Origin: Octopus sinensis
Taxonomy: Eukaryota
NCBI RefSeq assembly: GCF_006345805.1
Contig: NC_043001.1
Span: 24,986,001 to 25,050,000 of the forward strand
DNA length: 64,000 bases
Direction of reading: 5' to 3'
Below, in pieces: positions 38,461 through 50,487 of this stretch (position 1 is the first letter of the stretch; every line of letters starts with the position of its first letter). A model generated the notes under the pieces. The model was not told the origin of the DNA, ran no database searches, and saw only the letters and a program-made list of their open reading frames with translations. Both the position numbers and the translations under genes were made by a program.

Positions 38461-39509
38461 TATAAACTTAAAAAACACACACAAACAACAAAGCCTTGTG
38501 AACTGTTTCTGCTGATCTGGATGCAGGAAGAGAGACTAGCTGGTCACAGAGATACAATCAACATTATCACAACAAAAGAAGAAAACCAATCTGTTTAAGG
38601 AGAAATCTTATTTTAGTCACTTGCTGAGAAAATTCTAGCTACAATCCTGCTCAGCTGATTCAAGTTAGCAATCTAGTAAAATACATGGAAGGTGCTATAA
38701 AAATTGAACTGAAGACAGCTTTAAATAGTTATTTAATCATGTCAAACCCATCTCAATGATGAATGGCAAAAATGTTAACAACTTCAGAATTAATAAAGCT
38801 ATAAATATAGCCGTGAGAGCTCTTCAGTTTATAAGAACGGTCAAGTTTGATGTACTTTTCTTTAAGGTTATTGATAGCAATATAACAGCTCTTGTGAATT
38901 ATCAGAACAATTGTGGAAAAAATACCATTTTCTTAAGTTTACTGGCAGCAGAAATTGAACTTTTCTTTCTCTTCTTTGCTCACTTTTTATTTTTCTTCTT
39001 TTATTGACATGTTTAATATCTCATCTACATATCAAGCACAGGCGACAAATAAAAACAAAAGAAAATAAGCAAAACATCAAGGAAAGTATTAATGGAGAAT
39101 ATCAGTCAATGAAATTTACAAAACTTTTCTCCGAAAACAGTAGAATTCATTTGTCATCATGGCACAAGAACTTATTCAACTCACTTAATATTCTTTCTAT
39201 ACAGCCTTGCACAGAGATTATGTATTCCTGTTTCTTGCCATGACCGTTTTTATTTTTAGAAAGATTAAATGAATTAAAAATACACTTCAATAAGATACAT
39301 TATCTACATTGACAATAGTGTTAAATATACATTAAAAAACTCGAAATATTATCTAAGATGTTAGGGTATGATTTGAATAAGATTTAGCTACTATTTTTAG
39401 CAGGTTTAGCAACTGCATAGAAGCTATCACTATGACTCCTCTGTAATAGTTTTGTGGCATAACTTTATAAGATAAACAAACAATTACAGTGTAGGAAGCA
39501 AAACTTAGC

Positions 39510-39671
39510 CATGCAGGAGTGGCTGTGTGGTAAGTAGCTTACTTACAAACCACATGGTTCTAGATTCAGTCCCACTGCGTGGCACCTTGGGCAAGTGTCT
39601 TCTGCTATAGTCACAGGCTGACCAAAGCCTTGTGAGTGGATTTCGTAGACAAAACAGAAAGAAACCTGTCG

Positions 39672-39702
<31 letters not shown>

Positions 39703-39865
39703 GCATGTATATGTTTGTGTGTCTGTATTTGTCACCCCCCATAATCGCTTGATGACTGCTGTCGGTGCGTTTATGTCCCCGTAACTTAGCAGTTCAGCAA
39801 AAGTCACCGATAGAATAAGTACTAGGCTTACAAAGAATAAGTCCTGGGGTCGATTTGTTCGACTT
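39510..39865 (+). mobile_element. SINE family A, 3' end shortened
   Basis: Runs from the head to ggggtcgatttgttcgact. Confidence 0.9.
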
Positions 39866-40146
39866 AAGAGTAAAGCGTATTCAAAAATTATTAATGGCAG
39901 TGATGAGGCTGCAGTTAATGCAGTAAAAAATTTAACACCAAATAATAAATGGTTCAGTGAAGTTAATAGTTTTTGTGTGTTTCTAAATGGTTAATGTGTG
40001 GTCTTCCACACTGTAATTCTTTTAGTTTCAACAGTTTCAGATCAAATCACTTGTCAAACAAGTGCATCTTTGAAACATATCAAGTCTTATTTTGTAGAAG
40101 TGTATTCAAATTTAACAGTTAGCACCAGTTTTGTTTGGCTGATGTA

Positions 40147-40320
40147 TGTAAAAGCACCCACTACACTCTCGGAGTGGTTGGCGTTAGGAAGGGCATCCAG
40201 CTGTAGAAACTCTGCCAGATCAAGATTGGAGTCTGGTGCAGCCATCTGGTTGCCAGCCCTCAGTCAAATCGTCCAACCCATGCTAGCATGGAAAGCGGAC
40301 GTTAAACGATGATGATGATG
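40147..40320 (+). mobile_element. RTE LINE 3'UTR end with (GAT)n tail; further pieces at 34255-34490, 48245-48366 and 49643-49907
   Basis: Reverse complement of 21805-21980. Confidence 0.88.
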
Positions 40321-40439
40321 TGTGTGAGAGAGAGAAAACATTTGTGACTGTTGTACATAGTTGTGTGTGTGTGTGCGTGTGTGAGCACATACCATAAAGG
40401 AAATCTAATACCAGCTTACTAATTACAAAGTGGATCACA

Positions 40440-40950
40440 AACTACTCAAAGGTATGGAATAGATACAGTTAGGTTGATCGGGCTTGCATTATAGAAAGAG
40501 TTCTGTGTATGAGAAGCATTCTTTTCCTCCAGAGTCAAAGGTTTATTTTAAACTGACTTCCAAGACTCTGTTCAAGTGGTTAGAAGTGCTCTTGTTGCAA
40601 GATATTTATGCTGACATCTTTGTATCAAGGAAGAATCTGCACGAAAACTCAAGCAGTATGCAATTAATTATGCACCACGTCTTTGATGTTAATCTTCTAT
40701 TTACTTGATGTTGAAATAAAGTATTTGTAAAATGGATCCCTTATAAAATGACAAATGGAGGCTTTTAAAGTTACAATTACTGACACAGTATCATTAATTA
40801 ATAGTTTTCCAATTAATAAAGAGCAATTTCCTAGCTCACCATTCAGTGTATTGCTCTTCTAAGATCCACTTAACAATCCCATTTCTTCTGAGCTTATCCA
40901 AATACATACTAATGGCTTCCTATGACATGTTAGTAGTACGGTCTCAAGAC
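40440..40950 (-). mobile_element. Very decayed Gypsy-like reverse transcriptase remnant
   Basis: LDKLRRNGIVK...TEW and HLNRVLE...CFSYTELF resemble the RT domain ends. Confidence 0.4.
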
Positions 40951-41792
40951 TACATCTAGATTCCAAAAATTAGTTCCAATTTAAGCTTATTATTATTCTT
41001 AGCCACAAAGGCATGCTTGCATCAGACTAGAGAAATTTGAAAGAGTGAAAGTTAGGCTAATACATTTCACATAAAATTTCTGATAAGAATCATTGACGAG
41101 AATGCTTTGTGTTGTGACTTCCAGCTATTTGATAATCTGACATAGATAATAAAAGTCACTAGTAGCTGTTTAATTAACGTATGAAAATCTCAGACTTGCT
41201 TTATCATCAGTCATGATGAGGAAAATACAATACTGAAGACAGCTATGTAGTAACTGCTTATTTCAAAGTCTTTTGTTCAGGCAAGTATTGAAAAGTCAAT
41301 AAATTCTATTCCACATAAAATTTTTGTTAAATAAAGTTCAGTGTAATTACTTATTTATCTTAAATATAAGGCTAGTGTGGGAAGCTATCATACAAAACCT
41401 TATTTTAACAGACTGAGTAATAAAAGTGTCTTAAGATTGGCACAAGGCCATAAAATTTGGAGAAAATTATAGTCAATTATGTCAGTCCATTTATCTAGTC
41501 ATCTTTTTATCAAACTAAGAAGGATTAAAAAGTTTGGATAAGGATAAAAGAGACGGATAAGTACATAGCACTATGCATTTTGCTCGACTCTGTATCAATT
41601 TTGCTATTGCACAGCTCTTTATAATAGAACCATAATAATTCAAGTTGAGAGGAAAATTGCTGTTTTGTTCAGTTTTCTTCTTCAAAGAAAATTAAAAGTT
41701 TATTTTCATTGGTTGATCCGTTAGTTTATGCTTTCAAGTAATTTTCATTCATTGTGTGAGTAGTATCCAGTGAAATTCTTGAAATTTGGCCA

Positions 41793-42397
41793 GGTGTAGG
41801 AGTGGCTGTGTGGTAAGTAGCTTGCTAACCAACCACATGGTTCTGAGTTCTGAGTTCTGAGTTCAGTCCCACTGTGTGGCACCTTGGGCAAGTGTCTTCT
41901 ACTATAGCCTCGGGCTGACTATAACCTTGTGAGTGGATTTGGTAGACGGAAACTGAAAGAAGCCCGTCATATATATGTATGTATGTGTATATGTTTGTGT
42001 GTCTGTGTTTGTCCCCCCAACATCGCTTGACAACCGATGCTGGTGTGTTTACGTCCCTGTAACTTAGCAGTTTGGCAAAAGAGACCTATAGAATAAGTAC
42101 TAGGCTTACAAAGAATAAACCCTGAGGTCAATTTGCTCAACTAAAAACTGAAAGAAGCCCATCGTATACATATATATTTATGTATATGTATGTGCATATG
42201 TTTGTGTGTCTGTTTGTCCTCCCATCATCACTTGATAACCGATGCTGGTGTGTTTACGTCACTGTAACTTAGCGGTTTGGCAAAAGAGACCGATAGAATA
42301 AGTACTAAGCTTACAAAGAATAAGTCCTAGGGTTGATTTGCTCGACTAAAGGCAGTGCTCCAGCATGGCATCAGTCAAATGATTGAAAAGAGTAAAA
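41793..42397 (+). mobile_element. Mosaic SINE family A with a duplicated right half
   Basis: The right half occurs twice (about 41950-42147 and 42148-42397), and ttctgag occurs three times in the B-box region. Confidence 0.9.
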
Positions 42398-42989
42398 TTG
42401 TAAGTTTTTTACATCCAACCAAATACATCTTTCATTTGCTGGTTATTGCTGCCTTTTACAGTCTAACATATTAGAGTGTAGATGCTACAGTTTGCATTTT
42501 ATCAAACATAAGCATCTTTATGTGTATATGTTTTTAAGTACACATTTACACATACACAAAGATTAAGTAGCAAAAGTTGAAAGGAGACTTTTCGATTCAA
42601 CTGCAAACGGTTGTGTTCTTCTAGTTTTGATTTCATTGCATATCACTTTGGGCAAGAATCATCTAGCATAACTTCAGCTGAGCATTAGATTTCGAGTGAA
42701 ACTTGTAAATGGAGACTATTTGGAAGCTCATCAGATACATGTGAAACATGTGCGTGTATACACATACACACTCACATATATATATATATATATATATAAT
42801 ATATATATATATATATAGCGAGAAGTTGAGGTTATAAGAGATAATGGTGTCATTGAGACCCAAAGGTGTCAGGTAATGCTGAATTAGTGCTATAGACAGA
42901 CCATAGTTAAATTCCAGATTTGGTAATATTACGAATAAAGGGTTCAACGTTGGTTCCATGTCAGCATGTGCATATAATAATTTTTTGCG

Positions 42990-43235
42990 TAATAAGATAA
43001 AAAATCAAGGCTTTATAGATATTAGAGCATTTATAGATAGAAGATCTTACAGCTGTTTCTAGGATATTAATTAATAATATCCCTTCATTGTTAGAGGAAA
43101 TTTAAGTCATAGTTAGTTTAGATGTGATACAAAATAGAGAGTGAGGTGGAATAACATATCTTGCATATGTTTTCTTTCCTCCACCTCACTCTATTTTGTA
43201 TCACATCTAAACTAACTATGACTTAACTTTCCTCT
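42990..43235. mobile_element. Fold-back Penelope-like insertion: arms 43093-43150 and 43180-43235, hammerhead remnant at 43048-43090 (-)
   Basis: Near-perfect 55-bp inverted repeat. The minus strand reads aatga-a-GGGATATT-attaatt-AATATCCT-a-GAAAC-AGCT-GTA. Confidence 0.75.
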
Positions 43236-43434
43236 CCGGCAGAAGGTAATGGCGAACTTCTGCTGACTCTTTCACCACAACTTTCTCTTACTCTTTCCTC
43301 CTGCATCTTGCAGCTCACCTGCGACGGACCGGCGTCCCGTCCAGGCGGGGAACCTATACGCCAAGGAAACCGAGAAACCGGCCCTTATGAGCCAGGCATG
43401 GCTCGAGAAGGAGCAAAAAAAAAACCCCTGCAAA
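43236..43434 (+). mobile_element. GC-rich SINE 3' fragment (V-SINE-like motif) with an A-tail
   Basis: cctgcgacggaccggcgtcccgtccagg...tatgagccaggcatggctcg followed by poly-A. Confidence 0.55.
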
Positions 43435-43535
43435 TGCTGCTTTCTGTGCTCCTCTGTAACCTTCCACATGCACCATATGTACAGAATTGTTTATATTACA
43501 TGGGAAAATGCAAACAAGAGAAATAATATTCTTTT

Positions 43536-43930
43536 ACTCTTTTACTTGTTTCAGTCATTTGACTGTGGCCATGATGGAGCACCGCCTTTTTTTTAGTTGA
43601 GCAAATTGACCTCAGGGCTTATTCTTTGTAAGCCTAGTACTTATTCTATAGGTCTCTTTTGCCGAACTGCTAAGTTACAGGGATGTAAACACACCAGCAT
43701 CGGTTGTCAAGCGATGTTGGGAGGACAAACATAGACACACAAACATATACACATACATACATATATATGACGGGCTTCTTTCAGTTTCCATCTACCAAAT
43801 CCACTCACAAGGTTATAGTCAGCCCGAGGCTATAGTAGAAGACACTTGCCTGAGGTGCCATGCAGTAGGACTGAATCCGGAACCATGTGGTCCGTAAGCA
43901 AGCTACTTACCACACAGTCACTCCTATACC
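43536..43930 (-). mobile_element. SINE family A
   Basis: Reverse complement of a full copy. It shares private variants with 41895-42147. Confidence 0.92.
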
Positions 43931-43939
43931 TATTCTTAA

Positions 43940-44730
43940 GATTATAAATCTGGAAAAGTACAGGGCAAGTTATTACACTTGGAAAAGTTTAGGACAAGTT
44001 GTTACATCTGGTAAAGTACAGAACAAGAAAATGTTTACCTAAAATATTGCAGCTAAGGATAAAATTTCAAATTAAATATTTAGATTTAGAAAATATTAGC
44101 TTTTATTAAAACTAAAAATTTTATTACAAGTTATTACTTCTATTTGTTATAACTTGTTTCTTCTATCAAAAATAAAAAAATAACTCAAAATATTTTTTGC
44201 ACTTTAAAAAAATCATTTTTTTAATTATTAATTAATAATTAGAAATTTGAAAATTGGGTATAAAAAATAATAGTAGTACATAATTAGTCAGTACAATAAA
44301 CAGAATAATACAAAAATTATATATTACAGTAAAATCTACCTATAACAACAAATTCACAGTAAAATTTGCTTGAGTTATTGCCAAGTCTTCACATTTTTAG
44401 TCTTGACCCAATACCTATTTTTTACATAATGAATTTGCCTACCATATATACTATTCCACTTTGCATAAAACTTTAGCTATATTGGTACTTCTGGCTCTCA
44501 TTTTTAAGTATTCTAGTGTGTCAATATTTTAACAAAATGATGGTGCCTTTTTTTAATTATAATGTTACTTTGTAAATTAAAATCAAATGATTTTTAATAT
44601 TCAAATTTTATCCTTAGCTGCAATATTTTAAGTAAAAATTTTCTTTTTCTGTACTTTAGCATATGAAATATCTTGTCCTGAACTTTTCCAAGTGTAATAA
44701 CTTGTCCTGTACTTTTCCAGATTTATAATC
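43940..44730. mobile_element. MITE with about 140-bp TIRs built from about 30-bp subrepeats, TTAA TSD (Kolobok-like)
   Basis: TTAA|GATTATAAATCTGGAAAAGTACAGG...CCTGTACTTTTCCAGATTTATAATC|TTAA. Confidence 0.82.
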
Positions 44731-46360
44731 TTAAGATTATTATTTCTCATGCTTGCATTTTTCTATGTAATCCATGTTTTTTCCAGGCTATGCTATTATG
44801 CTAATTAATGTGTCAGATGTGTCAATTAGCGATGTCATTGATAATTTTTTCCTTATCTCAATGATGTCGCTGATGTGTATTAAAAGTCACCTTATAGAAT
44901 TATATTCATAAAAAAGTATAGAACTATATTATCACCCTCAAATTTGAGAAACAAACACACATAACTATTTTTCTTTTAAAACTTCCTTGCATGAGATTGA
45001 TACCATGAAATTTTTCGAAATGAGCTCTATCCTTTAAGCTTAATTAGAATATGGTTTGATTTTAAAATAAAAAAGTTAATTATACTTAAATCCAATTTTT
45101 TGCCTTATATTTTTTCATGATATTTTACCTCACAACTTTTTTGATACAAATTTTTGTTGCATGAGATCAAAGTATGAAATTCTTCATGCTTTCTTCTATC
45201 ATTGAAGCTAAGATAAATATATTTTGCTTTTAAAATAAGGAAGTTATTTAGATCTAAACTTGATTGGTGGTGTTCCTTACTCTCCGAGAACATTGCTACA
45301 AATTTTGATGTAAACTTTTTTCTACTGGACCAAATCTCAATTTTTTTAATGCCAAAATGTAGTACGGACCACTCCTCTTCAAAAATGTTAACAGTTTTCA
45401 ATTTGGTCAAGAACTGAATTAGCGACATGCTCAGAAAGATGTTGCGAGTAAAGTGTGGCCTTAAAAATATTTTTCAACTATTACCATAGTTGAATGATTT
45501 TTATTCGATTGTCTTTAAATAAACACAAATTTAAAAACACCTATGTCTCATACAGGAAGATCCACATATCTGTCATAATGTTGAATTATGTATATGCTAT
45601 TCATGCCAGAAATTTGGCTGATAAAATGGAGGAGAACTGGAAAGAATATACTGATAAAAAAAAAACAGCCTCACCACTTATAGATCTCTGTACAATAATC
45701 TTGAAGAAGCATCTTGAATATTTCTTACTGTCATACAGTAAAAAAACACTCGGAGCCATTTTTAATAATAACTCAGTTTAACGTGGAAGAGTATGAAGAG
45801 AAAGATCTCCTTTATATCAAACCAACACAAAAGAGAGTATAGACAACCTGAAGCATCCAAGCAATTTGAATCAATTTTGGTATATTCATGAAATATGTTC
45901 CTATTTCCATTGTCAGTTTTGGTTGCATAAAAATCTCTATATATGTTATTTAAATCTTCTTGAATAATAAATAAGACACCAACTTAAGCTTTGAGCATGC
46001 ATAATACCAGTTTCATTGGTTCATTAGCATCAAGGTTTACATTTATTGAAAAATGTATTTGTCTCTAGGTGGATGAAATTATTTCCTATTGAGGATAAAT
46101 TTAATTGCAAATTTTACTCCTGGACAAATGATTAAAGATTTTTAATCGATAAAATTTACATTATTTCCAACTTTATGTAAGATTTAAAAAATTATATATT
46201 CTAGTAAGAAATATTCAGAGCAGTACATTTTAAAACAATGTTGTTCTTCATTATCATTCATAGCCAAATTTATGTTTGTATACTTATTTTTCCCAGAGCA
46301 TCATTGGGTTTTAATCATTATTTTTCTTATAAGTGGTTTACTTTTTTCTTACTGTTTTAG

Positions 46361-46446
46361 CTGAAAAGCTCGAAGAAGAAAAATGATGATGTATATGTTG
46401 TTCTATATAATTTTAAAGCCAAAGAAAAAGATGACTTGGATCTCAG
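46361..46446 (+). CDS. STAC: STAC-like adaptor, start of first SH3 (LKSSKKKNDDVYVVLYNFKAKEKDDLDLR)
   Basis: Acceptor gttttag and donor CAG|gtaatt. It carries the SH3 signature YVVLYNFKA..DDLDL. Confidence 0.93.
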
Positions 46447-46506
46447 GTAATTATAAAATAATTTTTCTCAAACACGAAATCTGGGAAAATTCATAATTAC
46501 TTCAAA

Positions 46507-46677
46507 CCCTTTTAATACTAATCCACCTGAAACTGCCCCTGGTTCTACACCACAAACTCCCAGTTTTAAAGGGATCTAAATTAAAACCTCTCAGCAAAAT
46601 TTCATGTTAATTTGTTTCTTTTTAAAATTAATTGAAAAAAAGATAATGTATTTCAACAGAAATACAGTAACAAAGGG
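46507..46677. mobile_element. piggyBac-type MITE related to 36041-36263
   Basis: CCCTTT...ctgaaactg..ctgg.tct...gtaacAAAGGG|TTAA. The left TTAA is mutated. Confidence 0.7.
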
Positions 46678-47528
46678 TTAAGGAAATATTTTCTTTCCTT
46701 TCACTCATTCATACAGTCACATATATGTATTTACATACAGAAATATGCACACATACAATTCCACTCATACACACAGTCACTCGCTTTCTCCCATATATAC
46801 ACACAAACATAAATGTACATGATGTCTACTGCTTTCTGTTAAGTCTAGTTTTCTTTTATATAAATTTTTTCAATTCCGCTTTCTATTGACCAGTTAGAAA
46901 CTATTCTGAAGTGCTCTGATACAAATCTTTAGAAAGTGGCGGTAGTTATCAATTAGGAATAATAATTTCTCTTTATTCAACAGTCAAACCTCAATACCCT
47001 TCAGCTATGTCATGGAATATAAGACAAATCAAGAATAGTACATTATTTTTTAAAGAAAATTGGATGAAAAATCAAATAGTTTTCTTTAAAAAGGAAGCTA
47101 AATTAATTCAAGTAGAAACATAGACTAACACTATTGAATTCATTAGAATGAAATCAATATTTTCCAAACATTATTCCATTGAGTGTTGAATATATTGTAT
47201 CTGTCTTCACACCTGACTACAACAGCTGTCACAATCCATCTGCTGCCCCCACCCATTTCAGTTCTGCCATTCACCACTTGACACTGTGTAAAACAGAACC
47301 AGCCCCCATCACCATCTGGACAATATTTAGTTGATCAGCAAAGATCAGTACTCATGTTATACCCACCACTATACCCAATCAGCAACTTAGAAGTAGCAGT
47401 AGAAATTGGGTGTGACATGAATTATGAACACCTACTACAAAAAGGCATGGCTACCATTCTACAAAGGTGCTAACACTCCACCAACATCTATAAAACACTG
47501 AGCTCTAAATGGTCTTCAATGTGATATG

Positions 47529-47625
47529 GCTTACGGCCATATTACGTTGATCACTAAAGTTAGCAACGTCGAGCCTAATTAGTACTTAGATGGGTGACCG
47601 CTTGGGAAACCTAGATGCTGTAAGC
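47529..47625 (+). pseudogene. 5S rRNA pseudogene with an internal deletion of about 20 nt
   Basis: GCTTACGGCCAT...GATCAC.AAAGTTAGCAACGTCGAGCC..TTAGTACTTAGATGGGTGACCGCTTGGGAAACCTAG.TGCTGTAAGC. The ends pair (GCTTACGGC/GCTGTAAGC), and T5 lies at 47634-47638. Confidence 0.9.
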
Positions 47626-47639
47626 GTCACACATTTTTA

Positions 47640-47892
47640 GACACAGGAGTGGCTGTGTAGTAAGTAGCTTGCTTACCAACGATATGGTTCTGGGTTCAGT
47701 CCTACTGCATGTCACCTTGGCAAGTGTCTTCTACTATAGCCTCAGGCTGATCAAAGCCTTGTGAGTGGATTTGGTAGACAGAAACTGAAAGCCCGTCGTA
47801 TATGTATGTATGTGTGTGTATATGTATGTGTGTCTGTTTGTCCCCCCAACATCGCTTGACAACCGATGCTGCAGTGTTTATGTCCCTGTCAC
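47640..47892 (+). mobile_element. SINE family A, 3'-truncated
   Basis: Head, core and microsatellite are present. Confidence 0.88.
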
Positions 47893-47899
47893 TTGGAAC

Positions 47900-48230
47900 C
47901 AAGTTGTGATGCACCGTGGTGTCTGGTGCTCATCTTTTGGTTGGAATATCACTAACAGATATGATATTCTAATCAAAGCTAAGTTTTCTGTTCGTGGCTC
48001 AATTACAAAAATAGCAAAGAAGCATTGAATGTTGTGCAAAACTTCTGCTATCTGAGGAGCTTTCTCTCCATCCATGTGAATGATGAATCACAACACAGAC
48101 AGGGAAATATAAGCATTACCTTCAGAAGACTGCATCACAGACTTGAGCTAGACCATGGAATTGGCATTAACACAAAAATGTGTACATGTGAAACAGTTTT
48201 GGTAGCCATATTTTTATACAGAAGTATAAA
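47900..48230 (+). mobile_element. Old RTE/BovB-like RT C-terminal remnant; another RTE piece lies at about 38490-38660
   Basis: LNVVQNFCYLRSFLS...ITFRRL...GINTK...IFLY resembles V..F.YLGS...AFGRL...TK..VY...LLYG. Confidence 0.65.
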
Positions 48231-48643
48231 AATATACTACAAGGGAGTCAGTCCAGCGGCACTGGCAACGACCTCACTCAAATGTTTTGTTCATGTGCCA
48301 CTGGCACAAGTGCCAGTAAGGTGATGCTGGTAACGATCACGCTCAAACGGTGCTTTTTACATGCCATTTGTATATTATTTACTAAAACAACTTCCAGATA
48401 TTCTAAATTTCAGAACTACCACCATCTATCTCCAACTGTTTAGATCCTTGGCCTTTTGTCTTGAAATGGAGTGGGGGGGGATATTGATTAGTTCCTCTAT
48501 TCTACAGTGAATATCTTCCAGATACTCTGTTCATCTATACCCAGCAAGATGCTCTTACACTGCTTTTTTGATCTTACGGTATAGCATACAAACCACCTTT
48601 CTTATTCAATGAACATATGACACACAGATTAGTTTCTTTCACT

Positions 48644-48647
<4 letters not shown>

Positions 48648-48707
<60 letters not shown>
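48648..48707 (+). repeat. (CT)n microsatellite about 40 bp upstream of an SH3 exon acceptor
   Basis: Read directly from the sequence. Confidence 0.95.
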
Positions 48708-48712
<5 letters not shown>

Positions 48713-48748
48713 AAATTTAAATTATTCTTTTATTTTCAACATTTTTAG

Positions 48749-48800
48749 AGCTGGATGGCGTATTTCAGTTCTCGAAAGTTCCAAGAAAGATTGGTGGAAA
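48749..48800 (+). CDS. STAC: STAC-like adaptor, SH3 exon (AGWRISVLESSKKDWWK)
   Basis: Acceptor tttttag and donor AAA|gtaagt. Phase 2-0 completes the Arg codon from the previous exon. It carries the SH3 DWW motif. Confidence 0.93.
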
Positions 48801-49251
48801 GTAAGTAATGAGTCAAAAGAAATATAAATATCATTTTTTAACGACTTTACATCCTGTTGCATGTTAGTGTACGTATGATTTGTTATGTTGACAATTTCAA
48901 AAGAAAAAGGCACAATGCGAGAGAGATAATCCCAGAGAGAAACAATTGAATGTATCAATATTCATTAACAGAGAAGGATAAAGACTTTGATTTAAGAAGT
49001 TAGATAATCCAAAGAAATGTATAGCATTATAGTAAGCTTTACAGCAGATTAATCTTCTTTTTATCTGTTTTTATCAAAAGTTGCCAAAAGTGTTGTCATG
49101 GGTACAATAGATATGCTACTGCTCAAATGCTTACCAAAATGCTTTGGGGAATGTATTTATTTTTATTCAACAGAACTGAAAAGTAAAATTTGAATGTATC
49201 AAAATTACAAATTATAATTACATATTATTCTTATGATTCTGCCATTTTCAG

Positions 49252-49389
49252 GGTAAATGTAATGGTAAAGTCGGACATTTTCCTGCTGCCTATGTAGAAC
49301 GTCTTCAACCAGGTCAGCGAATTTTCCAAGTTACCAGTCCAGTTCATATTACTGAAGGGGCTGTTGATGTACGTTTCCACAAAGATCAG
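49252..49389 (+). CDS. STAC: STAC-like adaptor, end of SH3-1 and start of SH3-2 (GKCNGKVGHFPAAYVERLQPGQRIFQVT...HKDQ)
   Basis: Acceptor ttttcag and donor CAG|gtaaag, with 46 open codons. The GxFPxxYV SH3 motif is followed directly by a second SH3-like unit, as in STAC proteins. Confidence 0.95.
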
Positions 49390-49424
49390 GTAAAGCCAAT
49401 TTTCTTAAATTTCTTCAAAATACT

Positions 49425-50050
49425 TGGCAGAATCATTAGCACCTTGGACAAAAGGTTTAGCAGCATCTCACCTATAACTTTACTTTCTGAGTTCAAATAC
49501 AATCAAAGTTAATTTTGCCTTTCATTCTTTCAAGATTGATAAAATAAAGTACCATCAAGTACTGGGTTGATGTAATCAATTATTCACATCCCCTAAAATT
49601 ACTGGCTTTGTGCCAAAATTTAAAACAATTATTATTATTAATGGTCGTCGCCAGTGCCGCTGGACTGGCTCCTGTGCAGGTGGCACATAAAAAACACCAT
49701 TTGGGCGTGGCCGTTGCCAGTACCACCAAACTGGCCCTCATGCCGGTGGCACATAAAAGCACCCACTACACTCTCAGAGTGGTTGGCGTTAGGAAGGGCA
49801 TCCAGCTGTAGAAACTCTGCCAGACCAGATTGGAGTCTGGTTCGCCAGACCTCAGTCAAATCGTCCAACCCATGCTAGCATGGAAAGCAGACGTTGAATG
49901 ATGATGGTGGTGGGCTGGTAGAATTAAGGTATCAAACAAAATACTTTTGCATTTAAACCTTCTTGAATTGATAAAGCAAAGTACCAATCAAGTCCTGGAG
50001 TTCATGGTATCAACTGTCCCTTACCTATCCCTAATATAATTCAATGACCT
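49425..50050 (+). mobile_element. SINE B, an RTE 3' end (49643-49907) at its (ATT)n tail, and a second SINE B remnant
   Basis: Family motifs occur in series. Confidence 0.8.
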
Positions 50051-50072
50051 TTAGAATATTTACTCACTTCTA

Positions 50073-50249
50073 GGCACAGGAGTTGCTGTGTGGTAAATAG
50101 CTTGCTTATGAACCACATGGTTCCGGGTTCAGTCCCACTGCGTGGCACCTTGGGCAAGTGTCTTCTACTATAGCCTCGGGCTGACCAAAGCCTTGTGAGT
50201 GGATTTGGTAGACGGAAACTGAAAGAAGCCCGTCGTGTATATATATATA

Positions 50250-50301
<52 letters not shown>

Positions 50302-50487
50302 TTGTCTTTCCCAACATCACTTGACAACCGATGCTGGTGTGTTTACGTCCCCATTACTTAGCGGTTTGGCAATAGAGACTGATAGAATAAGTACTAGGCT
50401 TACATAGAATAAGTCCTGGGGTTGATTTGCTCTACTAAAGGCGGTGCTCCAGCATGGCCACAGTCAAATGACTGAAATAAGTAAAAG
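50073..50487 (+). mobile_element. SINE family A, full length
   Basis: Complete structure. Confidence 0.92.

Noticed and set aside
40840-40919. Minus-strand exon candidate with TACTAAC, an acceptor and a gtgagc donor
   Set aside because: The peptide and downstream sequence resemble a decayed Gypsy RT, so the splice signals are probably chance.
2404-50407. Many 60-140 aa ORFs with YIYIYI, THTHT or RRHLPKVP text
   Set aside because: They are translations of SINE family A and its microsatellites, and the same peptides recur at each copy.
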